A stretch of DNA of 36,653 nucleotides from Sandaracinaceae bacterium (GTDB lineage Bacteria; Myxococcota_A; Polyangia; Polyangiales; Sandaracinaceae), in assembly GCA_044220955.1 (NCBI GenBank), contig JBGAQA010000070.1, positions 1 to 36,653 on the forward strand, written 5' to 3'. The notes under the pieces are model-generated. The model was not told the DNA's origin. It did no database searches and worked only from the letters and a program-made list of their open reading frames with translations. The translations under genes were made by a program, and so were the position numbers. Positions 36,259 to 36,653 of the stretch are shown here, piece after piece (position 1 is the first letter of the stretch; each line of letters opens with the position of its first letter).

Positions 36259-36653
36259 GTGAGCGAGACCGTCGTCGAGGGTGCCCAGTGTCGGCCGAAT
36301 TTCAGCGCCGGGGGCCGCCGCCGCCGGCTGCGCGTCGCTCAGATCGCAGGCGTGACCGCGGTGGGGACGCTCGTCGGGGCGATCGCGCTGGACGCGCCCT
36401 GGCCCGCGCGCCTGCTCGTGGCCCTGCCCGCCGGCGCGGCGCTCGTGAGCGGTCTGCAGGTCCGCCGCAACACGTGCGTGGCCCACGCGGCGACGGGCAC
36501 GTTCGAGAACGACGACATGACGACGACGAAGGTCGACGAGGCGTTCGCAGCGGCGAGCCGGCGGGTCGCCGCCTCGATCTGGCGCGATGCCCTGCTGGGC
36601 ACGGCCGCGGGGGCCGCCGGGGCGGGGGCGGCCCGGCGGGGGTGGTGCTGGCC
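36259..36653 (+). CDS. Small membrane protein, 3'-truncated (not in the ORF track)
   Basis: GAGGTG RBS and GTG 36259. Translation by hand gives VSETVVEGAQCRPNFSAGGRRRRLRVAQIAGVTAVGTLVGAIALDAPWPARLLVALPAGAALVSGLQVRRNTCVAHAATG..., with no stop before the window end. Two TM-like segments. Confidence 0.7.
   Translation, partial: MSETVVEGAQCRPNFSAGGRRRRLRVAQIAGVTAVGTLVGAIALDAPWPARLLVALPAGAALVSGLQVRRNTCVAHAATGTFENDDMTTTKVDEAFAAASRRVAASIWRDALLGTAAGAAGAGAARRGWCW

Noticed and set aside
36339..36602. 87-aa minus-strand ORF
   Set aside because: Antisense to a better-supported plus-strand membrane-protein frame with an RBS.

Overview
Gene-dense, very GC-rich (about 70% or more, estimated by eye) bacterial chromosomal window with 32 supported CDS. 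The Cys-rich lipoproteins with DAG-rich linkers, the DUF1552/DUF1592 pair, MopE-type repeats and a CglB-like vWA lipoprotein point to Myxococcota, probably Polyangiales/Sandaracinaceae-like (inference). In order: (1) a 5'-truncated aspzincin-like HExxH metallopeptidase coupled to two tandem, diverged RCC1/BLIP-II-like lipoproteins; (2) a minus-strand unit of alpha/beta-hydrolase lipoprotein, PSD/CxxCH cytochrome protein (DUF1592/DUF1588), Tat-exported DUF1552, a Cys-rich lipoprotein and an MsrA with an apparent export signal; (3) a GldA/GldF/GldG-like ABC system plus DUF4340, bracketed by two related terminators; (4) a small Cys-rich lipoprotein divergent from a TMTC-like GT-C membrane protein; (5) a lipid/amide cluster: desaturase, D-aminoacylase-like enzyme, M14 peptidase, creatininase-family enzyme, sphingosine-1-phosphate-lyase-like PLP enzyme and an MftR-like TetR with a visible double operator; (6) a CX4CH cytochrome lipoprotein, MopE-repeat lipoproteins, GAF-GGDEF, serine hydrolase, Fe-ADH/ABM pair, M19 dipeptidase and a vWA lipoprotein. 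I saw no rRNA, tRNA, CRISPR array or mobile element. The best candidates for undescribed systems are the peptidase/RCC1 pair, the exported DUF1552-cytochrome-MsrA unit and the TetR-controlled SPL-like/creatininase operon. All family calls come from motif recognition by eye; no database search was run.
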